DNA of 64,000 nucleotides. Source: an uncultured cyanobacterium. Its GTDB lineage: Bacteria; Cyanobacteriota; Cyanobacteriia; Cyanobacteriales; CAWUOF01. Shown here piece by piece: positions 1-11,100 of the stretch (its first letter is position 1; each line of letters starts with the position of its first letter). The notes beneath the pieces were generated by a model. The model did not search any database. It saw only the letters and a list, made by a program, of their open reading frames with translations, and had not been told where the DNA came from. The translations under genes were made by a program, and so were the position numbers. Location: positions 5,952,001 through 6,016,000 of the forward strand of contig CAVUSO010000001.1 of NCBI GenBank assembly GCA_963744145.1, in the 5' to 3' direction.

Positions 1-28
1 AAAAAAGTTAGATAATTTTAGAAATCAC

Positions 29-613
29 TTGGCAGAGGACCTAGCTATGCTGAGTTGGTTTGCCATAACAGTAATGAGTTTAGGAGATAAAGTCAGATTT
101 TTATGTCAAGATGAAACGCGGATCGGCATGAAAACGATTAGTGGGAGAAAAATTACCATTCGTGGGGTAAAACCAATTGGTAAAGTGCAGTGGAAATTTC
201 AAGCGACTTATATTTATGGCGTAGTAGAGCCAAAGACAGGGGAACATTTCTTTTACGAGTTTACTCATCTCAATAGTCAATGCTTTCAGATATTTTTAGA
301 CTTAGTAGCCGCGCATTTTTCGGATAGTATTTTGATCATTCAGTTAGACAATGGTGGTTTTCATAAAGCTAAAAAGTTGGTAATTCCTAAAAACGTTATT
401 TTAATGTTTCAACCATCCCATTGTCCTGAATCAAATCCAATCGAACAGGTATGGCAGTATCTCAAAAAGGGATTGAGATGGGAATTACCAAGAAACTTAG
501 ATGAATTAAGACTTTTAATTAGTAAAGAACTAGAAAAGATGAATTCAAAAGTCATTGCCTCAATTACGGGACGAGCCTATATATTAGAGGCACTATCTGT
601 AGTCGGTATTTAG
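29..613 (+). mobile_element. IS630-family transposase, C-terminal DDE part (element continues left of window)
   Basis: Motifs QDETR, QLDNGGFH, PESNPIEQVW; followed by GAATTGGTAT-TA end-like sequence. Confidence 0.85.
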
Positions 614-869
614 AGAATTGGTATTACAGCCTATTCCAGGTTTATGAAGTTCATCAAGGTGATCTGTGGTTTCCTGGCGGGTTCATTAATACCTCGACTA
701 CGCTCGGCACAAGGGTTATTTGTGTGTGGCAAATTCAACGGTGAACCCGCCCCTTGTATCTTTAAAGGATACAGATAATTGGACTAACCAGATACAGGTA
801 CATCAAGGATCAGGGAGAAATCTAAAGAAACTAGAAAAGTTTCCGACCTCCGCCCAAGAGAGATGAGAA

Positions 870-1040
870 AGTGTGCTGAAGAACATCAGCAAGTGGTGAA
901 GTTGGCCTGCCCCTTAGACCTCATAAGTCTGTTTTGTAGATAAGCTCCCAGTCGCTGATGACAGACGCACAGAAAGCTCGACAGTATCTAAGGCACTCGT
1001 GGTCACGAGATAGCCTGTATTAACAAGGTTAGTTTAATGT
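870..1040 (+). ncRNA. IS110 bridge RNA (target-binding and donor-binding loops); ends approximate
   Basis: Guides CCTGCCCCT (906-914) and TGTAG (935-939) match the insertion site; ACAGTATCT (981-989) and ACAAG (1023-1027) match the element ends; each pair separated by a hairpin. Confidence 0.8.
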
Positions 1041-1090
1041 CTGTCAAGTTCTCACATATGAAAGAGATCAAGAGACATCAGGAGAAACTT

Positions 1091-2077
1091 ATGACATCTA
1101 CAGTCTTAGGAATTGATATTAGTAAAAAAGACTTTTATGTCGTTTTACTCAAACCGGACTGTGGGAAAAAGCCAAAACCCAAAAAATTTACCAACGATCT
1201 CTCAGGGTTTGGAAGTTTAGCACAATGGCTAAAACAACAAGGTGTGGTAGAACTTCATGCTTGCCTAGAAGCGACCAGTATTTATGGGGAAGCATTAGCT
1301 GAATTTCTCTACCAGAGTGGTTATCAGGTAAGTATCGTTAATCCAGCGCGAATCAAAGGATTTGCCAAAAGTGAACTCCTGCGAACAAAAACCGACGCGG
1401 TAGATGCAGGCTTAATTGCCCGTTTTTGTGCGGCGATGAAGCCGTCACTGTGGACACCAACAGCACCGGAAGTTAAGGAATTACAAGCCCTGCTCAGACG
1501 ACTAGAATCCTTCATCGAAATCGCGCAACAGGAACAGAATCGGCTCGAAACCGAGAGTGAACCTGTCGCACAAATAACGAGAAAGCATCTAGAATATCTC
1601 GCCCAACAACAAGCAGAGATCAAACAATTAATTCGCGACCATTTTGACCAACATCCCCATTTAAAACAACAGCGTGAGCTGTTGACTTCAATTCCGGGAA
1701 TTGGCGAACAAACTGCGGCTGTATTGTTAGCTGAAATTGGTCGGATTACGGATTATAAAAATGCCCGCCAATTAGTCGCTCATGCTGGGTTAAACCCGTG
1801 CGAACGGACTTCAGGAACTTCGGTTCATGGCAAAACTCGTTTGTCTTGTACAGGCAATACTCGACTCCGAAAAGCGTTGTATCTGCCTGCGGTAGTAGCG
1901 ATGCGTCATAACCCGTTACTCAAAGCCATGAGTGAGCGATTATTAGGTCGTGGCAAGGTCAAAATGCAGGTAATTGGTGCCCTGATGCGGAAACTCTTAC
2001 ATTTAGCTTTTGGCATTTTAAAATCCCAACAGCCTTTCGATCCCAATTATGCGATCGCTACCCCTTTACCCGTCTAG
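1091..2077 (+). CDS. IS110-family DEDD recombinase/transposase (ORF track start 1037; likely start 1091)
   Basis: GIDISK, CLEAT, KTDAVDA (DEDD), SIPGIG, ERTSGTS serine loop, ALMRKL. Confidence 0.95.
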   Translation: MTSTVLGIDISKKDFYVVLLKPDCGKKPKPKKFTNDLSGFGSLAQWLKQQGVVELHACLEATSIYGEALAEFLYQSGYQVSIVNPARIKGFAKSELLRTKTDAVDAGLIARFCAAMKPSLWTPTAPEVKELQALLRRLESFIEIAQQEQNRLETESEPVAQITRKHLEYLAQQQAEIKQLIRDHFDQHPHLKQQRELLTSIPGIGEQTAAVLLAEIGRITDYKNARQLVAHAGLNPCERTSGTSVHGKTRLSCTGNTRLRKALYLPAVVAMRHNPLLKAMSERLLGRGKVKMQVIGALMRKLLHLAFGILKSQQPFDPNYAIATPLPV

Positions 2078-2169
2078 ACGGGATCTGGCGGGCGAAATCT
2101 TGCCACCAGAACCTGTTCATCCCTCAACCGAGATGAACAGACAAAACTGACGACTGTGCATCGGGAGGA

Positions 2170-2478
2170 TCTCGCTTAAACAACTACGGAACTGGTTGAC
2201 TTCTATTCCCAGTATTGGTGAACAAACGGTGGCTCTATAGTTAGGGTCAACCCGTCGGGTTTCCAGTGCCAAAAATGCTCGCCTTTCTGCCCACAGTCAC
2301 GATGCTTCACCACCCATTACTCCCATTAATGAGTGAGAGATGATGGCTGCGTGGGTCAGGTAAAAATCCAGGAGATTAGTGCTTTAATGGTAAAATTTCT
2401 ACCCATATTTTGGCGATTTTCCCATCCGCTAAACTCTTTGACCCTAATTAGGCAATTTGGCGATCGCCACCCCTTGAC
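2170..2478 (+). pseudogene. Degenerate, internally deleted copy of the 3' half of the IS110 transposase
   Basis: 2195-2244 resembles 1681-1730 (LTSIPSIGEQTVAL vs LTSIPGIGEQTAAV); 2313-2475 resembles 1912-2066; both end in GCGATCGC(T/C)ACCCCTT. Confidence 0.75.
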
Positions 2479-2872
2479 AAATCAAGACAGTATCTACAGA
2501 GATTCACCAAAAAATCGATCAGGATTAGAGGATGACAAGATTAACAGGATTCGTAGGGGCTGGTGAATGAATTTATGATCACAATCAACCGGGATTTGTA
2601 GGGGCAGGTTCACCAATCAATTCTGCTCCAAACCGATAACTATCATAAACCTGCCCAACCAACACAGATCACTCACAATCTCGGACAGGCAAGATGCCTG
2701 TCCCACCATTCATGCCAAATCTTACTGTACTTCATCAACAGGTCATCCGCTGTATGTAATCGCAGGTAAGCTCCTCTCGGTGACAGCCTGGAAAAAACTT
2801 TAAATAAAATTTTAGTGAATGGCTAATCGGGGAAATTAATATAAATTATGACTTTCCCCGATCTAAATTAAC

Positions 2873-4156
2873 CTACTTATTAGGACGTTGTCTTTGGAGA
2901 AAATCAGGAATGTCCAACCCTGGTTTTGATTCAGATTTGTGCTGAGGTTCAAAAATTGGTGATGGGTGTGGTGTGACAGGTGCAGTCGTTGACCGTTTAC
3001 CAGTCGGTGTTCTGGTAGAAGTTGTCGCAGGTGGTGGTGGGGGAGCTTCACCAGTAAAACCTGTAGCAATCACTGTAATTCTGATTTCACCTTGCAGTCG
3101 TTCATCAATTACTGCCCCAAAAATAATATTAGCATCGGGATCGACAGCTTCATAAATCGTTTCTGCGGCTGCATTTACTTCGTGCAAAGTTAAATCATTG
3201 CCACCAGTAATATTAAAGACAACTCCTTTTGCTCCTTCAATGGAAGAATCAAGTAAGGGAGAAGAAATCGCTGCGATCGCTGCTTCCCTAGCTCGCGATT
3301 TACCAGAACCTACTCCAATTCCCATCATCGCCGAACCAGCATCAGCCATGATCGCTCGCACATCAGCAAAATCAACATTAACTAAGCCTGGGATGGTAAT
3401 GATATCTGATATACCTTGCACCCCTTGACGGAGAATTTCATCAGCATAGCGAAATGCTTCTTGAACTGGAGTATGTTCGGGAATTACTTGTAGTAATTTA
3501 TCGTTAGGAATCACAATCAGGGTATCTACCCGACTTTGTAAAGCTTCTATTCCTTGTTTGGCTTGAGCAGCGCGGCGTTTTCCTTCAAAAATAAAAGGAC
3601 GAGTAACCACACCGACAGTGAGAGCGCCCACTTCTTTGGCCACTTCCGCGACGATCGGCGCAGCTCCAGTGCCCGTACCGCCCCCCATCCCAGCGGTAAT
3701 AAAAACTAAATCAGCATGATCTAGAGCATTAGCAATCTCATCGCGAGATTCCTCGGCTGCTTTTTGACCAATAGCAGGATTACCTCCTGCCCCCAGACCG
3801 CGAGTTAATTTTTGACCAATTTGGAGACGTTTAGAGGCTGCTGAACCGACTAGCGATTGGGCATCAGTATTGATAGTCCAGAAGTCAACTCCCGAAAGAT
3901 CACCTGCAATCATGCGGTTAACCGCATTGCCCCCACCCCCACCGACGCCAATCACTTTGATTCTGGCTATACTACTCGGCACGATGTCATTACTCCTCGA
4001 TTCTTCGCCCGGTATGCCTGTGATATCACGATTTTGGTTTAAATATAACCCAGAATTGCCAAAAGGATTGGCGGGTTCCACTGCCACTGGAAAATTAGGT
4101 TGTTCTTCAGGATGAGGGCTTTTATGGGTGAGCCCCCAGTTATGATTAAGCGTCAT
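2873..4156 (-). CDS. ftsZ: Cell division protein FtsZ
   Basis: [17 protein letters not shown] tubulin signature, C-terminal LDIPDFL. Confidence 0.99.
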   Translation of the reverse strand: MTLNHNWGLTHKSPHPEEQPNFPVAVEPANPFGNSGLYLNQNRDITGIPGEESRSNDIVPSSIARIKVIGVGGGGGNAVNRMIAGDLSGVDFWTINTDAQSLVGSAASKRLQIGQKLTRGLGAGGNPAIGQKAAEESRDEIANALDHADLVFITAGMGGGTGTGAAPIVAEVAKEVGALTVGVVTRPFIFEGKRRAAQAKQGIEALQSRVDTLIVIPNDKLLQVIPEHTPVQEAFRYADEILRQGVQGISDIITIPGLVNVDFADVRAIMADAGSAMMGIGVGSGKSRAREAAIAAISSPLLDSSIEGAKGVVFNITGGNDLTLHEVNAAAETIYEAVDPDANIIFGAVIDERLQGEIRITVIATGFTGEAPPPPPATTSTRTPTGKRSTTAPVTPHPSPIFEPQHKSESKPGLDIPDFLQRQRPNK

Positions 4157-4418
4157 AGTTATTAGATGGGGGAATTTCAGAGTAATTCGGAGTAAAAAGT
4201 AGTTTTTCAGAATCCATAGCTATAGCCATTAGAATTGGGATTGGTAGATCAACAACTTTTCAACTCCAGGCAGATCAAAGTCCAATATAGGCTAATTGTC
4301 CAAAAAAACCAACTATAGAGAGATGGTTTTTTTAACTATACTTACTTGGCTGTCAACAACCTAGCACGAGGGGGGTTTTAGTACCTTAATATAGCTTCTC
4401 TCACTATTAAAGATAAAT

Positions 4419-5255
4419 TTAGGTATTGGATTTTACTGCTTCATGTGCTGGTCTGATCTGAATTTTGGGTGGAAGATCGGGATTTTTCAAGTCTATATAG
4501 GCAATTTGGTCGGGATTGATATTTTGGGGCAATTGTCGCATTCGGTCAAGCACTTTGATTTGCAAAGCAAATTTGGTACTGTATGGTCCTAAATGTACCA
4601 GACCAATTTCTGTTTTTAAGATCATATTGGCTGGATCTTGCCAATTAATCTCAGAAATTTTTACTGGACTGCTACTAATTACTTGATAAAGCCCGGGCCA
4701 ATAGGGCCGATAATTTTCTCGCATCCCAATTATTTTGAGGTTGGGCAAACCTCGTTTTCCTTCGAGGGATGTATATGCTTCTAAGGATATCCATATTCCC
4801 TGAGCATCTAATAATTTTACCTCGGGAGAATTAGTCGCGCTTTGGTCTGAGGTGATTAGTTGAGCGATCGCGACGGGATGTCGCTCTTGGACCTTGACGG
4901 TTAAACCTGGAGGAAATAGTTGTCTGGTGACTGTAGCTGAAGCGATCGGTCCTTGTGATGCTAGTTGATTGGCGATCGCGACTGGTTGGAGCCGCAGGAG
5001 AGATTGAGGGTAAGATAGTGGTAGGATTGAGCGAATTGCCTGTTCTGACAAAAATTGATTACCAACAATCACGACCTGTTCTGGTTTACGGATTAACCAA
5101 CCTGGTAAGGTAATTGCCCAGATTGAGCCACTTGTCAATCCTCCTAGCACTAAAATTCGCCACATTGTTGTCACGAATTTTCGCCGTCTTTCTTGTCTTA
5201 ATTTTTTGCGCCGACCCACTAATTCTGCTGGGGAAACTGATGCAATACTATTCAT
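4419..5255 (-). CDS. ftsQ: Cell division protein FtsQ/DivIB (POTRA)
   Basis: Basic N-terminus, single TM, POTRA-like region, YIDL motif, upstream of ftsZ. Confidence 0.93.
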   Translation of the reverse strand: MNSIASVSPAELVGRRKKLRQERRRKFVTTMWRILVLGGLTSGSIWAITLPGWLIRKPEQVVIVGNQFLSEQAIRSILPLSYPQSLLRLQPVAIANQLASQGPIASATVTRQLFPPGLTVKVQERHPVAIAQLITSDQSATNSPEVKLLDAQGIWISLEAYTSLEGKRGLPNLKIIGMRENYRPYWPGLYQVISSSPVKISEINWQDPANMILKTEIGLVHLGPYSTKFALQIKVLDRMRQLPQNINPDQIAYIDLKNPDLPPKIQIRPAHEAVKSNT

Positions 5256-5429
5256 CGATTACCTCTGGGTTTTCACACATAATATTGATGGTTACTTTTT
5301 CAGGCTCCTGGTTTGGGATTAATCAAAATTTTGTTGCTATCGAAAAATTTCAGATTTTCGCATCCATTGGTATGATACACTAAAAGGAACTTTTTAGTTA
5401 GCAATGTTACCACAGAAGTTTCTGGCAAG

Positions 5430-7019
5430 TTGACTGAATTTATGCGTTTTCAAACCGCCTTGATTTTGATTTGGATGGTTCTTGGAATTGGGGAAACTCA
5501 CCGAGCGATCGCGGATGATTCCTCTCTAGTTCAGCTACCTGCTCATAGTTTACGAACCGATAATTTACCTTTAAATTTGCCCGAAACTTCGGCGAATAAA
5601 GCAGCAGTTATTGGTCTGCCGATCGAAGCAAATTTTTTTTCAGTTTCCCCGCAGTTAGCTGATACTACTAATATTTCCCCAGCTCAATCTGCTCCGGATG
5701 GAGGGAGATTTGTCAGACATATAGAAATTCGTTTTATTAAGAAAGCAGGTGAATCAATTGATCAAAAAGATGAATTTATTCAAGGGAGAACCAAGAAATC
5801 TTTTCTACTAGATCAATTAAATCTCAAACCAGGACAGTTGTTTCAGGAAAGTCTGCTTCAGCAAGATTTGCGGCGATTATTGCGATTAGAATTGTTTAAA
5901 GATGTCAAAGTTTCAGTCAAGCAAGTTGGTAATCATGATGTTGATCTTATTTATACAGTAAGTGAACGTAAATTTCCTTCGCTTAGTTTTGGAGTTGGTA
6001 ATGATTCAGATGTCGGTATATTTACAACTTTTGGTTATGCTGATGAAAATATTGGTGGGATGAATCAGCAATTAAAATTTGATAGTAATTTGAGTACCAA
6101 AGATGTCAATTTTCAAGCGCGGTTTGTTAATCCTGCTTCTGCTACAAAACCAGAGCGATTAGGTTATAGTTTGGCGATTTTTCGTGAGCGCAATTTATCT
6201 GATATTTTTAACAAAGGTATTAATTTAGATAATGGTAATAGAGTCAGGGAAGGTAGAATTGGTGCGGGCGCAAGTTTATTGCGTGCTTTTAGTGATGAAT
6301 GGCACGGAGAATTGGGATTAAATTATACCAGATTAAGTATTCGCGATGGCAGTTTTAATGTCAGAAGAAGAGATTTTTTAGGTAATCCTTTATCTTTGAG
6401 TGGTAAAGGAATTGATGATCTATTTCTTGTGTCTTTGCGTTTGATCAGAGATACACGCGATCGACGTTTAACTCCGACCAAAGGTGCAATTATTACCCTC
6501 AGCACTGAACAAGCTCTACCAATTGGTTTCGGGGAAATTTCTTTAAATCGACTCCTAGCTAATTATATCCAATATGTACCTGTGAAGTTTGTTGGTATTA
6601 TTGATCCTGCCAAAAATCCAGAATTAGCAGAAATGATCGCGTTTAATTTGCAGAGTGGTACAATTCTGGGTGATTTTCCTCCAGCCGAAGCATTTACTTT
6701 AGGTGGTTTTAATTCAGTCCGAGGTTATAATACAGGAGATATTGGTAGTAGTCGTAGTTATATTTTAGGTTCTGTCGAATATCGTTTTCCGGTTCGATCG
6801 TGGTTAGGAGGAGTAGTGTTTACTGACTTTGCTTCAGATTTGGGATCAGGAGATAGTGTGTTGGGAAAACCCGCGATTATACGAGGAAAACCTGGAAGTG
6901 GTTTTGGTTATGGGATTGGAGTTCGGGTAAAATCTCCCGTTGGACTACTTCGTGGTGATATTGGTATTAGTGATGGAGGAGATATTAGAATAGATGTTCG
7001 TACTGGTCAAAGATTTTAA
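5430..7019 (+). CDS. Omp85/BamA/TamA-family outer membrane protein (single POTRA)
   Basis: Signal peptide, POTRA-like segment, LGGFNSVRGY, SPVGLLRGD, C-terminal Phe. Confidence 0.9.
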   Translation: MTEFMRFQTALILIWMVLGIGETHRAIADDSSLVQLPAHSLRTDNLPLNLPETSANKAAVIGLPIEANFFSVSPQLADTTNISPAQSAPDGGRFVRHIEIRFIKKAGESIDQKDEFIQGRTKKSFLLDQLNLKPGQLFQESLLQQDLRRLLRLELFKDVKVSVKQVGNHDVDLIYTVSERKFPSLSFGVGNDSDVGIFTTFGYADENIGGMNQQLKFDSNLSTKDVNFQARFVNPASATKPERLGYSLAIFRERNLSDIFNKGINLDNGNRVREGRIGAGASLLRAFSDEWHGELGLNYTRLSIRDGSFNVRRRDFLGNPLSLSGKGIDDLFLVSLRLIRDTRDRRLTPTKGAIITLSTEQALPIGFGEISLNRLLANYIQYVPVKFVGIIDPAKNPELAEMIAFNLQSGTILGDFPPAEAFTLGGFNSVRGYNTGDIGSSRSYILGSVEYRFPVRSWLGGVVFTDFASDLGSGDSVLGKPAIIRGKPGSGFGYGIGVRVKSPVGLLRGDIGISDGGDIRIDVRTGQRF

Positions 7020-7102
7020 TATGACTTGCGCTAAATTCATGGGATAATGCGGGCAGCATTAGTCAAACTAGCGACAACTAGAAGATAACGTGAGGTTTTT
7101 TT

Positions 7103-8041
7103 ATGTCAACCAGCCAAAAGTATAGATTAGTTACCAGAAGTGATTTTGACGGACTGGTATGTGCTGTTCTTTTGAAAGAATTAGACCTGTTAAATGAGAT
7201 TATTTTTGTCCATCCTAAAGATATGCAAGATGGCAAAATTGCTGTAACCAATCAAGATATTACGACTAATCTACCCTATGTAGAAGGAGTATACTTAGCT
7301 TTCGATCATCATGCTAGTGAAACTACACGCAATGTGGAAATCAAGTCTAACCATATTATTGATCCTAACGCACCTTCAGCGGCTAGAGTAGTTTATCAGT
7401 ATTATGGTGGTAAAGATAAATTTGCCCAAATTTCGGAAGAAATGATAGTCGCTGTTGATAAAGCGGATTCAGCCCAATTTTCTGAGTCGGAAATTTTAGA
7501 TCCTACTGATTGGGTACTTTTAAACTTTCTGATGGATGCAAGAACTGGATTAGGAAGGTTTAAGGATTTTAGAATCTCTAATTATCAACTAATGATGGAT
7601 TTGATTGATCACTGCAAAAATCATAATACAATTACAGAGATTTTAGAATTTCCCGATGTCAAAGAAAGAGCAGATTTGTATTTTTTCTATCAAAAGCAGT
7701 TTAAAGAACAAATCCAGAAATGTTCAACTGTTTACCAAAATTTAGTAGTTTTAGACTTGCGTAATGAAGAAGTTATCTATCCTGGTAACAGATTTATGAT
7801 CTATGCGTTGTTTCCCCAGTGCAATATATCAATCCATGTGATTTGGGGTTTGAAAAAACAGAATACAGTTTTTGCTGTTGGTAAATCAATCTTTAACCGG
7901 ACTTCTCAAACTAATATCGGTGCATTAATGTTGAAATATGGTGGTGGTGGTCATGTCAATGCTGGGACTTGTCAAGTTGAAAATAGTCAGTCTGAAGCTT
8001 TGTTAAAAGATTTGATTGCTCAAATCAATTTAGATGGTTAA
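7103..8041 (+). CDS. DHH-family phosphoesterase (exopolyphosphatase-like)
   Basis: TRSDFDG, FDHH, GGGGH motifs. Confidence 0.88.
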   Translation: MSTSQKYRLVTRSDFDGLVCAVLLKELDLLNEIIFVHPKDMQDGKIAVTNQDITTNLPYVEGVYLAFDHHASETTRNVEIKSNHIIDPNAPSAARVVYQYYGGKDKFAQISEEMIVAVDKADSAQFSESEILDPTDWVLLNFLMDARTGLGRFKDFRISNYQLMMDLIDHCKNHNTITEILEFPDVKERADLYFFYQKQFKEQIQKCSTVYQNLVVLDLRNEEVIYPGNRFMIYALFPQCNISIHVIWGLKKQNTVFAVGKSIFNRTSQTNIGALMLKYGGGGHVNAGTCQVENSQSEALLKDLIAQINLDG

Positions 8042-8134
8042 GATCAGATTAGTTTATTGATCGAACAGTTGCAGTTTTTTTGACATTTTCACTGCTACCA
8101 CATCTGATCTTTCCCATACTTCCACAGAAAACAC

Positions 8135-11100
8135 TTAATTTGGAATATTTACAGCTTTTTCATAAGTAGTATTATTTGGGTATTGCACTTTGACGACATG
8201 ATTTCCTGGTGGTAAAGACAGGACTCCTGTTGCGATCACAGTATTAGATTTCCAAGTATAGTTGCTCTCTGTTCCATCGATAAATACTTTCATTTTCTGT
8301 GTTTGCTGCTGATCAAAAATAACTTGAGGTTGAGTTGGAGTAAACTGTCTGATCCAAATAGCATCAACTGTAACTTTCACATTTACATTTTCTTGATTAG
8401 GTGCAAATCCCCAGACTCCTCGATACTGATCTGTGGTAGAATATCCAGTCCTCACTGCTTTTTGGATATTATGCTCAAGCCAAAATACTTGATTATCTGT
8501 ATATCCGACTGAAAAATGTTCTTGGCTAAATGTTGGTGAGGATACATTGCTAGAACCTACAATGTTGATTCCATCTACATAATATCCGATTTTGGGTAGT
8601 TGATCATCTCCAGGAAATAAGTAAATAGTTTCTTGAAAACCACCGACAGAAAATCCCCAAATTGGTGAAGAATTTTGTTCGATCGAAGCGATCGAATCAA
8701 TTGCATAAGGTTTTCCAGTTGGCCATTTGAATTTCCAGTTTAAGGAGAATCCTTGTTGATTATATAAATTATCAGGATCAAAAGTTCCGGAAATTACCAT
8801 TTGCTGACCAATTTTTTCAACTTTTACTTGTCCAGATTGACAAATATCGTAATAATCAGCTAGTTCTGGAGCGGTGAAATCATCAAAAAATAAGAAGGTT
8901 TTACTACCATTGCTTTGACTAACTAAGCTAGAGTCACCCCAGGATACATAGATCCGAGAAGTACCGATCGGGATTTTGCCAATATTTACCCAAATTTTTG
9001 TTGATGTTGTATTTAAACCTTGCTGTATCCAATAATTTAATTCTGATGAATTATCATTGCATCTAATATCACCACCATCCGATCGCATCTGATTTGCGCT
9101 GATTGGTGTTTTAGTATCTAAACTCAATAAGATGGGATAGTTATAAAGAGCTTGATTGTTAGGATTGGTGATTTTATATATAGCTTGATAATTAGGAGCA
9201 GGAAATGCTTGTCCTTGAATGAGTAAGGATTTATCGCTGTTCACTTGCACTCCGGAAATCATATTTAATGCTATATCAAAGTTAATTGTCCCTTTTGCTA
9301 CTACTGTTCCTTTACCAATTTGAACAGATATCGGTTTAATTCCTGTAATTCCGCTGGTCTTAATTTTGATGATCTTTGCTGTAACAACTTTGGTCTGATA
9401 ATTAATGAAATTAACTACTTTTCCAGCTACATTGACATTATCGATCAGGAGATGAAAATTCGCTGGTAACTTTCTCGATTCCGGTAATCCGGTAATAATG
9501 ACTTCAAATTCACCTAATTTATTTAACTGACTAGATATTTGCAGATTAGCTAAGTCGTAATCGGTAATAGTAGCACCAGCTATCCAGTCTAAGCTTCCTT
9601 GAATTGCACCAGCATCTACGGGTTGACTTTGGGATATTCCTTCAAGATAAACCCCATAACCTACAGCTTCAGCGGTAGCTAATAAAGTATAATCACCTGG
9701 GTATTTATTTTGGAAAAAGTTGGGTTCTTGGTGATCTCCATATTCATAATTATTTTGGCAAACCCAAAAATTTTGTTTATCGTTACTAGGTTTATCGATC
9801 GACAAACAAATATTATTTTTAAATTCATTACCGGGAGTAATAGTGTTGTCATCGTAACCAATTATACCCAGGGTTGTATTGTGGTAGATTTTGCGATTAC
9901 AATTAGCGATCGCGTTATCTGGATTACTAGCATCATAAGGCATCAGACCAATACAAGCGGATGTACAATTCCAAACTATATTATGATGAACAAGAAAATT
10001 TTTAGTTAAGTGATCTAAATAAATCCCATGTCCACCATAGAATCTGAGATCGACATTAAAGTCTCCCTGAGCATCATGAACTAAATTATAGGATATTTCC
10101 GCACCTTTGCCATCGATTTTCCATCCGGTGATTGCACCAGTATCTGTATTTTGGAGATGTGTATCATACACATCATTATACATAATATCTAATCCAGGAG
10201 CGATCGATATAGCTTGATAACCACAGGAATGAATCGTATTTTGAATAACTTGATTTTTGGCTGTACCACCTGGATTTTCTCCCCCATTGCTTAATTGACC
10301 ACCATCAATTGCACTACCACGACCTGAGTATCCTACACAACAAATATAGTTATTGATCGCTTTATTGTTGGTGCCATTGAGAATAATTGTGTCGGTAGCT
10401 ACATGACGAATTTCTGAGTTTTTAATGGTACAATTATTCCCTTGAAAATAAATTCCGCGATTATCGGGGGCAGTATAGTAAATAACTGATATATTATCTA
10501 GATGTACCGGATATAAAAACTTTAAATTATCATAGATCAGGTTGTTGCTATTCTCATTAGTTTTAATTGTACAAGCGTGCAATGTTAGATTTTGAATATT
10601 TAGATTAGAAATTCCATCTAAATAAAAGCTATAAAATCTTTGTTTGATTTGAAAATCATTGGGAGTAGCATTGTCAGGAAACCATAAAAATAGCTCTTTA
10701 GTAGATTGATTGAGGAACCATTCACCTGGATGATCAAGTAAATTCAAGCTATCCCAGCAATAAAAAACGTTAGCTGTTTGGGGATAATAATTGCCATCAA
10801 AAGAATAATAATCATAAGGAATTTTGATGTTAATGCGATTATTAACATGACTAACAACCATTCCACACCAAGTATCCCACATTGGACCAGGACTAAAGGT
10901 AATTTTTGCTCCGGTCAAATCAGGTGCATTAATTAGGTCTGGAGATTCATACCATCCATCCTTAGATGATACATAGCCACTCCCGTCCGTAGCGCGACAT
11001 TTTAAATCATTGGTCAGTCGAGTTACTTGCTCAAAGGGAACATTTGGCCAACGAGCGATCGGGAGCATTTGCTGGTGATAAAAAACTTGGTCAAATCCAT

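Larger units (their letters stand above)
753..2495 (+). mobile_element. Complete IS110-family (IS621-like) element bounded by CT cores
   Basis: Left end CT|TGTAT (753-759), right end ACAGTAT|CT (2487-2495); joined ends give ACAGTATCTTGTAT; removal restores GAACCCGCCCCTACA. Confidence 0.85.
625..2754. repeat. Degenerate MITE/REP cluster hosting the IS110 insertion
   Basis: Imperfect terminal IR TACAGCCTATTCCAGGTTTATGAAGTTCA (625-653) vs TGTACTTCATCAACAGGTCATCCGCTGTA (2726-2754); internal REP-like GGCGGGTTCA/TGAACCCGCC, GTAGGGGCAGGTTCACC and hairpin GGACAGGCAAGATGCCTGTCC. Confidence 0.5.

Noticed and set aside
2333..2566. 77-aa ORF after IS110
   Set aside because: Chance frame through the decayed transposase copy, crossing the element end
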